A DNA stretch of 64,000 nt from an uncultured Synechococcus sp. (GTDB lineage: Bacteria; Cyanobacteriota; Cyanobacteriia; Gloeomargaritales; Gloeomargaritaceae), in contig CAYZTU010000001.1 in the NCBI GenBank assembly GCA_964481635.1, positions 149,669-213,668 on the forward strand. The letters run 5' to 3'. The notes under the pieces are model-generated. The model searched no databases, was not told where the DNA came from, and saw only the letters and a program-made list of their open reading frames with translations. Positions within the stretch are counted from its first letter, which is position 1. Each line of letters begins with the position of its first letter. Below, piece by piece: positions 63,390 through 64,000 of this stretch. Made by a program: the position numbers and the translations under genes.

Positions 63390-63968
63390 CTAAAAAGGGT
63401 AAGGAGATTCAGGGGCTGGGTGCCCCATCGCCTTTTGGAATGCCAACCGTGCCCCACAACGCCCTAAATAGGCTCCGATCTGCGGGTAGGGGCTGAAATC
63501 CAGACCGAACATCTGCACCGCAAATCCCAAAATTGACCCCAGGGCTATATCCGCTACGCTTAACTCAGCACCGGCAATGTAGTCCTGGTCACTCAAAATC
63601 TGCTGGAGGGGGGGCAAAAGTTTGCCCATTTCCGCCTCCCGTTTGTCTGCTTGGGCAATCGCCTGCACCAGGGTCGCATTGCTAAACAAAACCCACTGAT
63701 ACATCTGCCCCCGTTGCCCCACATCCGCAGGCAGGTGCCCGTACTTATCCGCTAAGTACAACAAAATCGCCCCGGACTCCCAGACTACGGTCTCCCCATC
63801 AACGAGGGCAGGCACTTTACCCATCGGATTGATGCTGAGGTAATCCGCCTGCCGGTGTGCCCCCTGCGCCATATCCAGACGGACAAATTCATAGGGAACC
63901 TGCAACTCTTCCAAATACCAAGCAACAATCACCGCCCGGGAGCGGCTTCCCCCATAGAGTTTTAGCAT
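63390..63968 (-). CDS. Glutathione S-transferase.
   Basis: N-terminal thioredoxin-like GST domain (KLYGGSRSRA...NPMGKVPAL..GE..VWESGAIL.YL) and a C-terminal helical domain. Confidence 0.85.
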   Translation of the reverse strand: MLKLYGGSRSRAVIVAWYLEELQVPYEFVRLDMAQGAHRQADYLSINPMGKVPALVDGETVVWESGAILLYLADKYGHLPADVGQRGQMYQWVLFSNATLVQAIAQADKREAEMGKLLPPLQQILSDQDYIAGAELSVADIALGSILGFAVQMFGLDFSPYPQIGAYLGRCGARLAFQKAMGHPAPESPYPF

Positions 63969-64000
63969 CTTGTCCGATTAAATTACAGCCAATTACCGCT

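Overview
The window is about 64 kb of a high-GC cyanobacterial chromosome. The cyanobacterial assignment rests on the split rpoC1/rpoC2 genes and the conserved rpsT-tatD-rpoB-rpoC1-rpoC2 block. Core housekeeping genes (cysA, trxA, rpmB, ispF, hup, recJ, folB, gloB, rpsB, tsf, cobO, tsaE, ccs1, mrdA, murG, hisD) are interrupted by several AT-richer accessory islands. Those islands carry five things. First, a recurring MITE-like repeat of about 100-130 bp (TIR near TATAGCAATCC ... GGATTGCTATA, conserved GCGGTCGCAGGGGCGC..CCCC hairpin core) in at least ten copies; in three cases the copy supplies the stop codon of the adjacent gene. Second, a Doc toxin gene split by one of these MITEs, with its RHH antitoxin intact. 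Third, a two-partner secretion pair: a 2344-aa TpsA exoprotein with near-perfect internal duplications, plus a TpsB transporter. Fourth, a TnpB-only IS200/IS605-family element whose tnpB is interrupted by a roughly 240-bp insertion. Fifth, and most interesting, an AT-rich two-gene operon between murG and a MITE. It encodes a RelE/ParE-fold N-terminal domain fused to an SF1 UvrD-like helicase (776 aa), followed by a tail-anchored 582-aa coiled-coil protein built from near-identical 79-aa tandem repeats. This is a candidate undescribed toxin-antitoxin or defence-like module. No rRNA, tRNA or CRISPR array was recognised by eye.
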